A stretch of 64,000 nucleotides of DNA, from the NCBI GenBank assembly GCA_934271085.1, contig CAKQQU010000001.1, forward strand, positions 9,818-73,817, read 5' to 3'. Below are positions 1-9,271 of this stretch, in pieces (within the stretch, counting starts at the first letter, position 1; each line of letters begins with the position of its first letter). This DNA comes from an uncultured Bacillota bacterium. Lineage in GTDB: Bacteria; Bacillota; Dehalobacteriia; UBA4068. A program made the translations under genes and the position numbers. The notes beneath the pieces are model-generated. The model did no database searches, had not been told where the DNA came from, and was given only the letters and a program-made list of their open reading frames with translations.

Positions 1-387
1 CTGCGGCCAAAATCTCCCACATATGGATGAAGCCAGCTGGCTGCAAATACCGGTATGGCTATAAAAATAACTACTGCGATAATAAAGGCACTGACGATAG
101 CGCCGATGATACCGCCTGTGGAAAGCTTTTCATCCTCGCTTTCGCCGCATTGGGCTGCGGACCAGGTAAGATCCTGTACGCCGCTGACCATGGAACTGGC
201 AAAAGACACTATGCCCCGCAAAAAGGGAAAGCGGAAAGCCGGATGCCTTTTGATAAAGGAAGGCTTTTCATCGATCTTATAGACTAAACGGCCGTCTTCA
301 TTGCGTACTGCTATAGCCTTGCCCTTGGGCCCGGCCATCATTACTCCTTCGATAACAGCCTGCCCGCCATAAGAGGGTCTTGTCATA
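1..387 (-). CDS. DUF1385 family protein (N-terminal part; continues beyond window start)
   Basis: Reverse strand reads MTRPSYGGQAVIEGVMMAGPKGKAIAVRNEDGRLVYK... from the ATG at 387..385, preceded by AAAGGAAAC. It runs off the window edge, so it is missing from the ORF track. Hydrophobic C-terminal segment. Confidence 0.6.
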
Positions 388-559
388 TTTGTTTCCTTTC
401 GTAATTTTATATAATTAGCTTATTAGTAACAGCGATAAACGATAACTATAAATGTTATCAATATATTATATCATTCAAAAAGTTGTTGCGCAATATGTAT
501 AAAAGCTGTTAGCCGGGGGAATATTCAGGTTATGAAGTAAATATCAAAGAGGTGTTGAT

Positions 560-901
560 ATGGTTTCCCGCGGCGAGATCTATTTTGCGGAGCTGAACCC
601 GGTGCAAGGCTCTGAGCAGGGAGGAGTCAGACCGGTGCTGATAATCCAGAATGATATCGGCAATACCTATAGTCCCACCACCATTATTTTGGCCATTACA
701 TCACAACTGAATAAGGCGCGGCTTCCTACCCATGTGGAGCTTTCCGCAGGGGAGAGCGGGCTGAAAAAAGATTCGGTGATTTTGGCTGAACAGATGCGCA
801 CCATTGATAAAAGCCGGCTGCGGCAAAAGGTAGCGCAGCTTAACCGGCCTACCATGCAGCGCATAGAAAACGCGGTGGCTGTCAGCATCGGACTCACTTG
901 A
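560..901 (+). CDS. mazF: MazF/PemK-family endoribonuclease toxin (type II TA toxin-like)
   Basis: 113 aa with a PemK/MazF-like sequence (VSRGEIYFAELNPVQGSEQGGVRPVLIIQND...). RBS AAAGAGGTG upstream. No antitoxin ORF in the 170 bp upstream. Confidence 0.7.
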   Translation: MVSRGEIYFAELNPVQGSEQGGVRPVLIIQNDIGNTYSPTTIILAITSQLNKARLPTHVELSAGESGLKKDSVILAEQMRTIDKSRLRQKVAQLNRPTMQRIENAVAVSIGLT

Positions 902-930
902 CGGATTTATTCAGATAGGTTTATATCCAG

Positions 931-962
931 GGTATCCTGCATTTTTAGGATACCCTTTTTAT
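931..962 (+). terminator. rho-independent terminator after mazF-like gene
   Basis: GGGTATCCTGCATTTTTAGGATACCC hairpin followed by TTTTTAT. Confidence 0.7.
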
Positions 963-1255
963 ATACATTTGCCGAGGTTTGCTATACATACTTTAATATG
1001 ATATGATATCAGCAAACAGGCAAAACATAATATCTTTGCCTGTATTGGCATCTGCCGGGCGGAGTTGACTGGATAAAATTTAAGATCATTCACGGTCAGC
1101 ACAGGCAAATTGCGATTATTTGGCGGCGCCGCGAAGCCGGCAGGCATATATGCGTCCGGACAGTCCGTACAAAGATAATGCCGTTTGTATCCTGCAGGAT
1201 GCCCGATTCAGTTTGCAGATAAATCTCCCTTTGTGGAATAATACAGGAGGAAAAT

Positions 1256-1726
1256 ATGGCCATCGAAAAGGTGAAAGAGTATTTTAAAAAATATGGTATG
1301 GAAGACAGAATACAGGAATTTTCCGTATCCAGCGCTACTGTGGAGCTGGCCGCCGAAGCATTGCACTGCCAGCCCTGCCGCATAGCCAAAACGCTTTCTT
1401 TTATGGTGGACGGAAAACCGATTTTGATAGTTGCCGCCGGCGATACTAAAATAGATAATCAAAAATACAAGGCTCAGTTTTCCACCAAGGCTAAAATGCT
1501 TACGCCTGATGAAGCCGTGGAGCTGATCGGTCACTCTGTGGGCGGCGTTTGCCCCTTTGCAATAAACCAAGGGGTCAGCGTATACCTGGATGATTCTTTG
1601 AAACGGTTTGATACAGTTTTTCCCGCTTGCGGCAGCAGCAACAGCGCTATTGAACTGACTGTTGATGAGCTTGAAAAATATGCTACCTATACTTCCTGGG
1701 TGGATGTTTGCAAGGGCTGGGAATAG
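1256..1726 (+). CDS. ybaK: YbaK/ProX-family aminoacyl-tRNA deacylase (Cys-tRNA(Pro) editing protein)
   Basis: 156 aa, YbaK/EbsC-like sequence. Strong RBS ACAGGAGG, 8 nt spacer. Candidate promoter TTGCAG-N17-GGAATAAT upstream. Confidence 0.75.
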   Translation: MAIEKVKEYFKKYGMEDRIQEFSVSSATVELAAEALHCQPCRIAKTLSFMVDGKPILIVAAGDTKIDNQKYKAQFSTKAKMLTPDEAVELIGHSVGGVCPFAINQGVSVYLDDSLKRFDTVFPACGSSNSAIELTVDELEKYATYTSWVDVCKGWE

Positions 1727-1767
1727 ATTTCCCTGAAAATAACATCAAAAAGCGATACTGGAATAAA

Positions 1768-1803
1768 AATATCCCCCCGTCAAAAGACGGGGGGATATTT
1801 TAT
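1768..1803. terminator. bidirectional rho-independent terminator between convergent ybaK and surface-protein genes
   Basis: ATATCCCCCCGTC-AAAA-GACGGGGGGATAT perfect stem, flanked by A-run and T-run. Confidence 0.8.
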
Positions 1804-1838
1804 TATTACTGCATTAATGTTTGCCGGGTCTTTGGGGT

Positions 1839-4196
1839 TTACTGACCGGCAGTGTAGCTGTTGGCAGTATTCAGGGTAATGGTGTTGGTAGCGCTGCTGT
1901 AGGTCAGGCCGATATCCAGAACAGCGCAGAGCTGCCGCAGGTTGACAAAGTTGTTGCGGTTGATATTGTAGGCAACAGGATAAATGGATGCATTGTCAAG
2001 ATAGAAAGACTGGGCAGATATCTGAGGATTGGCAAGCTTAATGGCAGTATTTTCGCTGCCGTCCATGGAGGTGTAAGCAGTGCGGCTGGCCAGATAGGCT
2101 GCGTTGGTGGAAGTGTTGAAGCTGATGTTTATCTGTTTGGAGGAGCCATTCAGCAGATAAGCGATATCACGCAGTTTGATGAAGTTATTGCCATTGATAT
2201 TTACGGCATACAGATCTTTGGAGGTGCCGTTCAGAATAACTTTCTGGCTGGATACCTGATATTTGGTAGCAGCAGGCTGACGGTACACGGACAGGCAGTA
2301 GGTCTTGATGGAGCTGCCGCTGGTTACCATGACTTTGATCTCATTCAGACCCTCTTTCAGGGAAATACCGCTGCTGGTCTTTCCGCTGTTTACAGCCTGG
2401 TAAGCGCCGCTGTTGGCGAATACGGAAATGTTTGCGCCTTCAGCCCCGTAAGGAGTTACATAAATAGTATTCACACTGTTGCTGACATTGGCGATGTAGT
2501 TAAGGGTATTGGCGGAAAAAGCGGGGGATACGGATATTGAGCCCATATTTGTAGTAAAGCTCAGTCCGGTAAGAGCCACGGAACCAACGTTGATGGAGAT
2601 GGTATAAGTCTTGGTGGTCTCGCAGTCTTCTGCCATTACTACTACCTTAACGGTGTTGACGCCGTTTTTCAGATCAGAAACCTCCAGGGTCTTGCTGAAT
2701 ATCTCGCCGTTGTAAACCATTGTAGCATTCTTTTCAGCAGACATGGTCAGTCTTACGGATTTGGTACCGGTGGGAACATTGATGCTGTAATTATAGGTGG
2801 TTGCGGAGAATTCAGGACTGATCTCGGCAGTGGTTTTGTGATTGGCGCCGTATTTGGCGCTGAGGGATTTCAAATTAGCCTTGCTGCTGGCATCCTTATC
2901 AGCATAATAAACCTTGATGACATATTCGGAAGAATCTGTGCCATCGGTAACTTTGATAACAAATGTTTCATCGTCTCCGTCGGAAACAGAACCGACTTTG
3001 ACGTCTTTGTTTCTGGTAAGGTTGGTGCTGCCTGCTTTGGCGGTAATACCCTTGCCGTAATCAGCCTCAAAGAATACGTCTATTCCCCTTTTGAAATCGC
3101 TGTCGTAGGGAACAAACACAGAGTATTCAAAAGTTTTGTCATTGAATTTGCTGGGATACATGGTGTATTTCAGATCATCTTTGAGACTGCCTACGGTAAT
3201 TTCCAGATCGTCCAGGAGTACAGGCTCAGCTTCTTCCAGATAAACGGTGAAGCTGATCTCTTTATCCTTGTCGCCGTTCATTGCCGAGATGGTAACGTCA
3301 AAATCAAAGCTTTTGCCATTGGGAGTATCGATAAATCTAACGTCAAAGCCTTTGTCGGTGCTTTTAACATCAATATAGTCTTTATCAGATTTGGCTATAT
3401 CAAAATCGATCTCGCCAATATAAGTCATTTCAAGATGGAGCGCAGCCCCTTTTTTGCTGGCATAGGGATAGTTTACGGTGTAATTCCCGTGTTTGCCGGG
3501 AGTCAGTTTTACATTATTCAGGTAAAGATTGCCGCAATAGGCTACATCGTAGATCTTGTTTACGACAACAGTATAAGTTTCGGGGGTATCCCCGTTTTCG
3601 GGATATACCTTGATGGTTATTTCATTGCCGCTTACATAACCGCTGCTGTCAGCGCCCACTACTTCCACTGTGGCATTCTGGGAATCGCTGGCCGGTTTGA
3701 TGTCAAGTTTGATCTTAGCGGTATCTTCATCTACATAAGCCTGATATTTGCCGCCGGTTTTGGTCAGGGCAGCCTTGTCATAACCGGCAGTGCGGCCTTC
3801 CTTATCCACTGCGTCGGTGACCTTGATGCTGCTGATATTGGCTTTGCTTTCACCGATCAGGAAGTTGATTTTGAAAGCTTTGGACTCTTCGTTTGCTTCC
3901 TCACTATCTCCCTTGGTGTATTTGACAGTGAATGTGACTGTGTATTTGCCAGCCTCGGAGAAAGAAACAGCATCATCTTTGATGGTAGCGCCGGAAGCAG
4001 TGGTGTTGATAATTTTTACACCTTCCGCTGCGGTGGCTTGGACTGAGAGGCCATCATTAACATCTGCGTAAACATTGCTGTCGTTGTTGACAGTCTTGTT
4101 GCCGATCTTTAATGTCACATCGTCAGCAGCCATAGCGACAGAGGTAAAAGCGAATACCATTACCACTGCCATTAAAACAACTAGAAATTTTTTCAT
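1839..4196 (-). CDS. large secreted cell-surface protein with cadherin-like beta-sandwich repeats and C-terminal copper amine oxidase N-terminal-like domains
   Basis: Signal peptide MKKFLVVLMAVVMVFAFTSVAMA. Thr/Ser/Lys-rich beta-sandwich repeats (YNYSINVPTGTKSVRLT..., LNYIANVSNSVNTIYVTP...). C-terminal pair of Cu_amine_oxidN1-like repeats (YAVNINGNNFIKLRDIAYLL..., VAYNINRNNFVNLRQLCAVL...). True start taken as the ATG at 4196 with RBS AAGGAGGT; the track's 4238 start lacks an SD. Confidence 0.7.
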   Translation of the reverse strand: MKKFLVVLMAVVMVFAFTSVAMAADDVTLKIGNKTVNNDSNVYADVNDGLSVQATAAEGVKIINTTASGATIKDDAVSFSEAGKYTVTFTVKYTKGDSEEANEESKAFKINFLIGESKANISSIKVTDAVDKEGRTAGYDKAALTKTGGKYQAYVDEDTAKIKLDIKPASDSQNATVEVVGADSSGYVSGNEITIKVYPENGDTPETYTVVVNKIYDVAYCGNLYLNNVKLTPGKHGNYTVNYPYASKKGAALHLEMTYIGEIDFDIAKSDKDYIDVKSTDKGFDVRFIDTPNGKSFDFDVTISAMNGDKDKEISFTVYLEEAEPVLLDDLEITVGSLKDDLKYTMYPSKFNDKTFEYSVFVPYDSDFKRGIDVFFEADYGKGITAKAGSTNLTRNKDVKVGSVSDGDDETFVIKVTDGTDSSEYVIKVYYADKDASSKANLKSLSAKYGANHKTTAEISPEFSATTYNYSINVPTGTKSVRLTMSAEKNATMVYNGEIFSKTLEVSDLKNGVNTVKVVVMAEDCETTKTYTISINVGSVALTGLSFTTNMGSISVSPAFSANTLNYIANVSNSVNTIYVTPYGAEGANISVFANSGAYQAVNSGKTSSGISLKEGLNEIKVMVTSGSSIKTYCLSVYRQPAATKYQVSSQKVILNGTSKDLYAVNINGNNFIKLRDIAYLLNGSSKQINISFNTSTNAAYLASRTAYTSMDGSENTAIKLANPQISAQSFYLDNASIYPVAYNINRNNFVNLRQLCAVLDIGLTYSSATNTITLNTANSYTAGQ

Positions 4197-4261
4197 CTGG
4201 TAAACCTCCTTATTATTTATATATTTATTTAAAAACAAATAACAATATATGTATCCCTTTA

Positions 4262-4846
4262 CTACTGGGCTGCAGCTGCGCTGTCAGCGGCTTCTCCTAT
4301 CGTGGCAGCTTCCATCAAAGCGGTAAGCGCCGCGATCAGGTCGTCCTTGGTGGCGTTGGTCAGTATGGATACAGAATAGGTAACATCGGCGGTTTCGTCA
4401 TAGGCATCGATAACGCCTATATTCTGGGCGCTGTACAGAGCCTGGCTGTCCGGATTGGGATAGCGCACATAAGCGGAAACGCCTTTCACATCCACAGTTT
4501 CATTGTTGTCAAAAGTGCTGGTGACCTCGCTCATGTTCTCCTGATGGCCTTTGGCGATACGGCCGATAGCCTGGTTTTCGCCTACCATGAATTCTACCTG
4601 AGCCTGGATATCATTGATAATGGCGTAGCGGGTCGCGGAATATTCTTCCGGCATGGCTATAGCTATTCCCAATGTATCTTTGATCTCCTGAGCGTCTTCA
4701 ATAAGCGTCTCGCTGATAGGAGCTTCGGGATCTGCGGCCTTATCGGGGTCGTCAGTGTTTCCTTGATCGTTGGCCGGTTCATTGCCGCAGGCGGCAAAGA
4801 TCATAGTCAGACCCAAAACGAGAACCAGTAACAAAGATTTTTTCAT
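4262..4846 (-). CDS. lipoprotein, hypothetical (acidic, Asp/Glu/Ala-rich)
   Basis: MKKSLLLVLVLGLTMIFAACGNEP lipobox. RBS CAGGAGGTAA before the ATG at 4846. Confidence 0.6.
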   Translation of the reverse strand: MKKSLLLVLVLGLTMIFAACGNEPANDQGNTDDPDKAADPEAPISETLIEDAQEIKDTLGIAIAMPEEYSATRYAIINDIQAQVEFMVGENQAIGRIAKGHQENMSEVTSTFDNNETVDVKGVSAYVRYPNPDSQALYSAQNIGVIDAYDETADVTYSVSILTNATKDDLIAALTALMEAATIGEAADSAAAAQ

Positions 4847-5038
4847 AAGTTTACCTCCTGGCATAAGCCAAATCTCTGTACTTTAGAGTATAGCAAAAAA
4901 TCCAGATAATTAAAAGCACTGTAAAATAAATTAAAACAAAATTAAGATATTTCACTATCTATATAAATAAATACAATCCCAGGACGTAAAAGTCTTCGTT
5001 ACCCCGTATGACTTTTAGGTGAAATTTTTATTTCCTGG

Positions 5039-6127
5039 TTAAAACCCACCGCCGTATATAGCCAGCGGACCGTAATTATAACAGTACTGCAAAAGGCTGT
5101 TGATATCGTTTCCGTCGTATTCCAGATATTGCAGCCAGCCCAGGTCGTCCCAGATGCTGCCGGCGTCTTCCGGCAAATAATCCACCAGGGGATAGTCGTC
5201 GCCAAGATAATCCATAAGATCGCCCACAGCTTCTTCAAAGGTGCCTACTTCGTCTATCAAACCGTTGTTAAGGGCCTGGGTAGCTGTATACACACGCCCG
5301 TCCGCCAATGGTATAAGCTCTTCTTTGTCAATGGGACGGTGTTCCACTATCCAGTCCAGAAAATAACCGTAATACTCATCTATCATGGACTGGAAAATAG
5401 CGCGTGTGCTGTCTTTCATGGGTTCCAGATAACTGCCCATTGATTTTTGCTCGCCGCTGCTGATAGTATTGACCTTGATCCCGTAACGATCCAATAATAC
5501 GCTGACATCCAGCAAGCTGCCATAGGTAACGCCGATACTGCCGGTAGTGCAGAAGCGGTGGGCATAAATGCGATTGGCGGTACTGGCTATCCAGTAACCT
5601 GCAGAAGCCATGGTATTATGCCCATAGGCATATACCGGACGTTGGGTAAGCTGTTTGTATTCATCTATTTTCCGGGAAAGCTCATCGCAGGCCAATACCT
5701 CCCCGCCGGGAGTATCCAGATATATCATCAGCGCCGCATTGTTTTCGTCCCAAATCAGGCTGTCAATGGCATCCAGCAAAAATTGATGGTCATATTCACC
5801 GTTGTAGGTGCTGCTGATAGTGCCCTCCACATAAATACAGGCAACCGAAGGCTCTCCGGCAAAAGCAGGGGCAGGACCTTTGTCCCTGCCGGCCAGCACA
5901 GAGCATCCTACCACAATAAAGATCAGCACTACAGCGGCTGCTGTTATCCAGGGCCATAGCTTTCTTTTCTTTTTTTGCGGATAATAAGGGTGCTGGTAAT
6001 AGCTGCCGTAATATGGCTGCCCTTTCTGCTGGAAAGAGTTTGTTTCCTGTATATTTTTTGTATGATCGTTTATCTGAGTGTTGGCATCATTAGTTTTTTC
6101 ATTGCACAGATTGCTGTTTTGTTCCAT
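5039..6127 (-). CDS. sppA: signal peptide peptidase SppA (S49 family) with Gln/Tyr/Pro-rich N-terminal extension
   Basis: ClpP/crotonase-fold S49 motifs (IYLDTPGGEV..., GHNTMASAGYWIASTANRIYA) and one TM segment. ATG at 6127 has GAAAGAAGG upstream; an alternative TTG start at 6148 is possible. Confidence 0.7.
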   Translation of the reverse strand: MEQNSNLCNEKTNDANTQINDHTKNIQETNSFQQKGQPYYGSYYQHPYYPQKKKRKLWPWITAAAVVLIFIVVGCSVLAGRDKGPAPAFAGEPSVACIYVEGTISSTYNGEYDHQFLLDAIDSLIWDENNAALMIYLDTPGGEVLACDELSRKIDEYKQLTQRPVYAYGHNTMASAGYWIASTANRIYAHRFCTTGSIGVTYGSLLDVSVLLDRYGIKVNTISSGEQKSMGSYLEPMKDSTRAIFQSMIDEYYGYFLDWIVEHRPIDKEELIPLADGRVYTATQALNNGLIDEVGTFEEAVGDLMDYLGDDYPLVDYLPEDAGSIWDDLGWLQYLEYDGNDINSLLQYCYNYGPLAIYGGGF

Positions 6128-6157
6128 ATAATACCTTCTTTCTCGCAATTTGCAGTC

Positions 6158-7627
6158 TTATTTTTTCCAGATGCCGGGAGCGAAGAGCACCAGCACAGTA
6201 TAAAGTTCCAGGCGGCCGACCAGCATCAGGAAAGACAGTATCCATTTGGCTGCGGCAGAAACTTCCGCAAAGGAACCGGCAGGGCCTACGCTGCCGGTAG
6301 CCGGACCGACATTGCCCAGGGCTGACATTGCTCCGGTCAAAGCCTCCAGCCAGTCTATTCCCGCCAGGGTCAGCAGCAACCCGCCGATAATGGCCAGGCA
6401 AATATAAAGGAAGAAAAATGTTATCATGCGGCAGCTGACATCGCCGCTGACCAGCTTATTATTATAATATACCCGGCGGACGGCGTTTGGCCGGTATACC
6501 TTGGTGAATTCTGCGCATAGGGATTTCAGGGCTACCAGCCAGCGGCTCATCTTGATCGAGCCTGCGGTGGAACCGGAGCAGCCTCCTGCCAGCATCAGAG
6601 CAACCAGGATGAAGCGGGCAAAGTGCGGCCACAGATCAAAATCCGTAGCCACCAGCCCTGTAGTCGTAACGATGCTGGCCGTATGGAAAAGCCCCTGGCG
6701 CAGGGAATATGCGAATCCCTCCTGGACGTAGTAACCGGAGTGATGCAAAGATAAAGCAATCAGCACAGAGGATACTGCGATAACTGCCAGATACATACGC
6801 AATTCCTGGTTTTTGAAAAAGCCGCCGGCCCGTCTGCGTACTATCATCATATATATAAGCCCGTAGTTGATGCCGGCGATTATCATGAATACGGCGGTAA
6901 CCCATTCCAGATAAGCGCTGTTAAATGCAGCAATACTAAGGGTCTTGGTGGAAAAACCGCCGGTAGCTGCTATGGACATACTGTGATTGACGGCATCGAA
7001 AAAGCTCATGCCGCCTCCCAGCAAAAAGAGCATACAAAGCAGGGTTATGCCTGTATAGACGAAAAAAATATCCAGGGCATTGTCTTCTATGCGGGGAGTT
7101 ACCCGCTGAGTAAGATTGCCGCCGCTGTATTCCGCCTTAAAGATCACTACTCCCTCGCCCCGGTCATCGCCTCGCTGAATAAGGGTTACAAAGATCAGCA
7201 CTATACCGGCGCCGCCCAGCCAGTGACTGAGAGAGCGCCACAGCAGTATGCCATGGGGTTGGCTTTCCACCTGCGCCAGAGCAGACGCACCGGTGGTGGT
7301 AAAGCCGGACATGCTTTCAAAAAAGCAGGAAGCGAAATCGGGGAAGCTACCGTAAAAAAGAAAGGGCAGCGCGCCAAAAAAGGCGGCGGAAAGCCAGACT
7401 AAGGTGGCAAAAAGAAAACTGTCCCGCCGGCGCATGGTCTGACGGCGATGGCGCCTGTTAGCCAGTACCAGCAGCACACCGCAAACCAGGCAAATGATAA
7501 TTGAGATGCCAAAGGCCGCAGTATCTCCGTCCTTATAGATCAGGGAACAGGCCAGGGGCAGTATCATAGCCAGACCCAGTACTACTATGATCCGACCGAT
7601 CAGGAAAAAGATTCTTCCGATCCTCAT
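6158..7627 (-). CDS. trkH: TrkH/KtrB-family potassium uptake membrane protein
   Basis: 489 aa polytopic protein with selectivity-filter-like GNVG / TGL.. motifs. TAATG-overlapped with trkA. Confidence 0.8.
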   Translation of the reverse strand: MRIGRIFFLIGRIIVVLGLAMILPLACSLIYKDGDTAAFGISIIICLVCGVLLVLANRRHRRQTMRRRDSFLFATLVWLSAAFFGALPFLFYGSFPDFASCFFESMSGFTTTGASALAQVESQPHGILLWRSLSHWLGGAGIVLIFVTLIQRGDDRGEGVVIFKAEYSGGNLTQRVTPRIEDNALDIFFVYTGITLLCMLFLLGGGMSFFDAVNHSMSIAATGGFSTKTLSIAAFNSAYLEWVTAVFMIIAGINYGLIYMMIVRRRAGGFFKNQELRMYLAVIAVSSVLIALSLHHSGYYVQEGFAYSLRQGLFHTASIVTTTGLVATDFDLWPHFARFILVALMLAGGCSGSTAGSIKMSRWLVALKSLCAEFTKVYRPNAVRRVYYNNKLVSGDVSCRMITFFFLYICLAIIGGLLLTLAGIDWLEALTGAMSALGNVGPATGSVGPAGSFAEVSAAAKWILSFLMLVGRLELYTVLVLFAPGIWKK

Positions 7628-8982
7628 TAGTTTTCTCCTTCTCCTGTCAGCAGCTTCTCCAGCTTATCGATGGCATCCGGGCTGGAGAAAACTATTACCG
7701 AATCCCCGGGCTGCAAAATATCGGAGCCCTGTGCTATCAGATGTTCGTTGCCCCTGTTGATCATGCAGATCAAAGCCTGCGGGGGAAAATCCAGATCTTT
7801 TATGGCAAAGCCGGCGCAGGGAGCCTCGGGGCTGATAATATATTCCGTTACCTGTCCGGAGCTGTCGTTGAAACGGGTCAGGGAAAGTATACGCTTACGG
7901 TCGATAAAGCGAAGGATGCGGTCGGCGGTAAGGCGGCTGGGGCTCACCACATTATCCACGCCCACCTTTTCAATAACTGCCGCGTATTCGCTGCCGCGAA
8001 TCTGGCAGATGGTTTTGGCTGCTCCCATGCTCTTTGCCAGTACGCAGGCAAAAAGGTTTTCCTTATCATCCTCGGTGGCGGCAACAAAAACATCCGCATC
8101 GCCAATATTTTCATCGTTATAAAGGGTAACATCGCTGCCGCCGCCGTTGATTATCACAGTGTGGGCAAGGCTTTGAGCCATTTCCTCGCAGCGGGCTTGA
8201 TCGGGTTCTATCATTTTTACATTCAGACGCGGAGTGCGGCTTTCCAACTGCTCAGCAAGATAATACCCTGAAAGGGAGCTCCCGAAAATAACCACGTTGC
8301 GGGGACGCTTGGCAGCTATGCCCAGATACTCTTCTATTTTGCGGATATCGGTACGGTAGGCCAGGATAAGTATATCATCTCCGCTTTCCAGCATATCATG
8401 GCCTTTGGGGATGATAAGCTGGTTTTCCCTGTATATACCAACTATCATGCATGGTGCCGGCATGTCCAGCCTGGCAAGCTGCTGTCCCAGCCGCAGGCAT
8501 CCGTCAGGGACGGTTAGTTCCATCATCTGCATCATGCCGCCGCCGTAAAAACCTACATAATGGGCTTCCGGATATGTCAGCAGCTTGGCTATTTCTTCTG
8601 CGCTGACCTTCTCCGGATTGATAAGCATATCTATACCCAGGGCATCCATACGGCTTTTATCATCAAAATCGCTGTATCCCGGGTTGCGCACCCGGGCTAT
8701 AGTAGAAGCTGCTCCGGAATTTTTTGCTACAAAGCTGGCAACCATATTAAGCTCGTCCTTTTCCGTAACTGCTATCAGCAGATCCGCATGTTCGATATCT
8801 GCTTCACGTAAGGTCGTAAGCTTGGCGGCGTTACCTTCCACTATGTTTATGTTGAAGTGTTCTTCCATTATATCCAGCCGCCGCCTGCTGCTGTCGATTA
8901 CAGTTACCTCATGCCCTTCTTCGCAAAGATTGGCTACCAGAGAATAGCCAACTTTGCCTACGCCGATGATGATGCATTTCAT
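7627..8982 (-). CDS. trkA: Trk potassium uptake system protein TrkA (tandem TrkA-N/TrkA-C, NAD-binding)
   Basis: Two Rossmann motifs (IIGVGKVG, VIFGSSLSGY). RBS GGAGGAAG. Confidence 0.85.
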   Translation of the reverse strand: MKCIIIGVGKVGYSLVANLCEEGHEVTVIDSSRRRLDIMEEHFNINIVEGNAAKLTTLREADIEHADLLIAVTEKDELNMVASFVAKNSGAASTIARVRNPGYSDFDDKSRMDALGIDMLINPEKVSAEEIAKLLTYPEAHYVGFYGGGMMQMMELTVPDGCLRLGQQLARLDMPAPCMIVGIYRENQLIIPKGHDMLESGDDILILAYRTDIRKIEEYLGIAAKRPRNVVIFGSSLSGYYLAEQLESRTPRLNVKMIEPDQARCEEMAQSLAHTVIINGGGSDVTLYNDENIGDADVFVAATEDDKENLFACVLAKSMGAAKTICQIRGSEYAAVIEKVGVDNVVSPSRLTADRILRFIDRKRILSLTRFNDSSGQVTEYIISPEAPCAGFAIKDLDFPPQALICMINRGNEHLIAQGSDILQPGDSVIVFSSPDAIDKLEKLLTGEGEN

Positions 8983-9107
8983 AAACTTCCTCCGTAAACG
9001 TGAAACTAAATGACAGGTGTTATTTTGCAGGTATTATCCCAAGATTGTCACCGGCATTTCCCTGATTGAAAAAAGCATAAATATTGCGTTTCTCCCAATG
9101 CCAATAT

Positions 9108-9161
9108 ATATAGTAGCATAATATCATCATCTGGATATAGTAGCATAATATCATCATCTGG
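9108..9161. repeat. perfect tandem duplication of a 27-bp unit (ATATAGTAGCATAATATCATCATCTGG x2) in the trkA / WG-repeat divergent intergenic region
   Basis: Seen directly in the sequence. Each unit carries a -10-like CATAAT. Confidence 0.8.
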
Positions 9162-9271
9162 CAAAAAATCAAGAGCAGCTATAAAAATAATTGATATTTT
9201 GCAGTCTTTATATTTGCTTACGCTCCTGATTGTGTTAAAATATATAAGAATATCCAGGAGGGTACGGGTAA

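Noticed and set aside
388-559. Antitoxin (MazE-like) ORF upstream of mazF
   Set aside because: Only a 16-codon ORF with no RBS is present. The region looks like a promoter.
1821-4071. Long plus-strand ORFs (239, 402 and 93 aa) antisense to the large surface-protein gene
   Set aside because: They lie entirely inside a well-supported minus-strand CDS, have low-complexity G/A/V-rich translations and no RBS. Most likely antisense artefacts of the repetitive Thr/Ser codons.
8983-9107. c-di-AMP (ydaO-type) riboswitch upstream of trkA
   Set aside because: It would be expected biologically for a K+ uptake operon, but the leader is AT-rich and short, and the recalled ydaO core sequence was not recognised.
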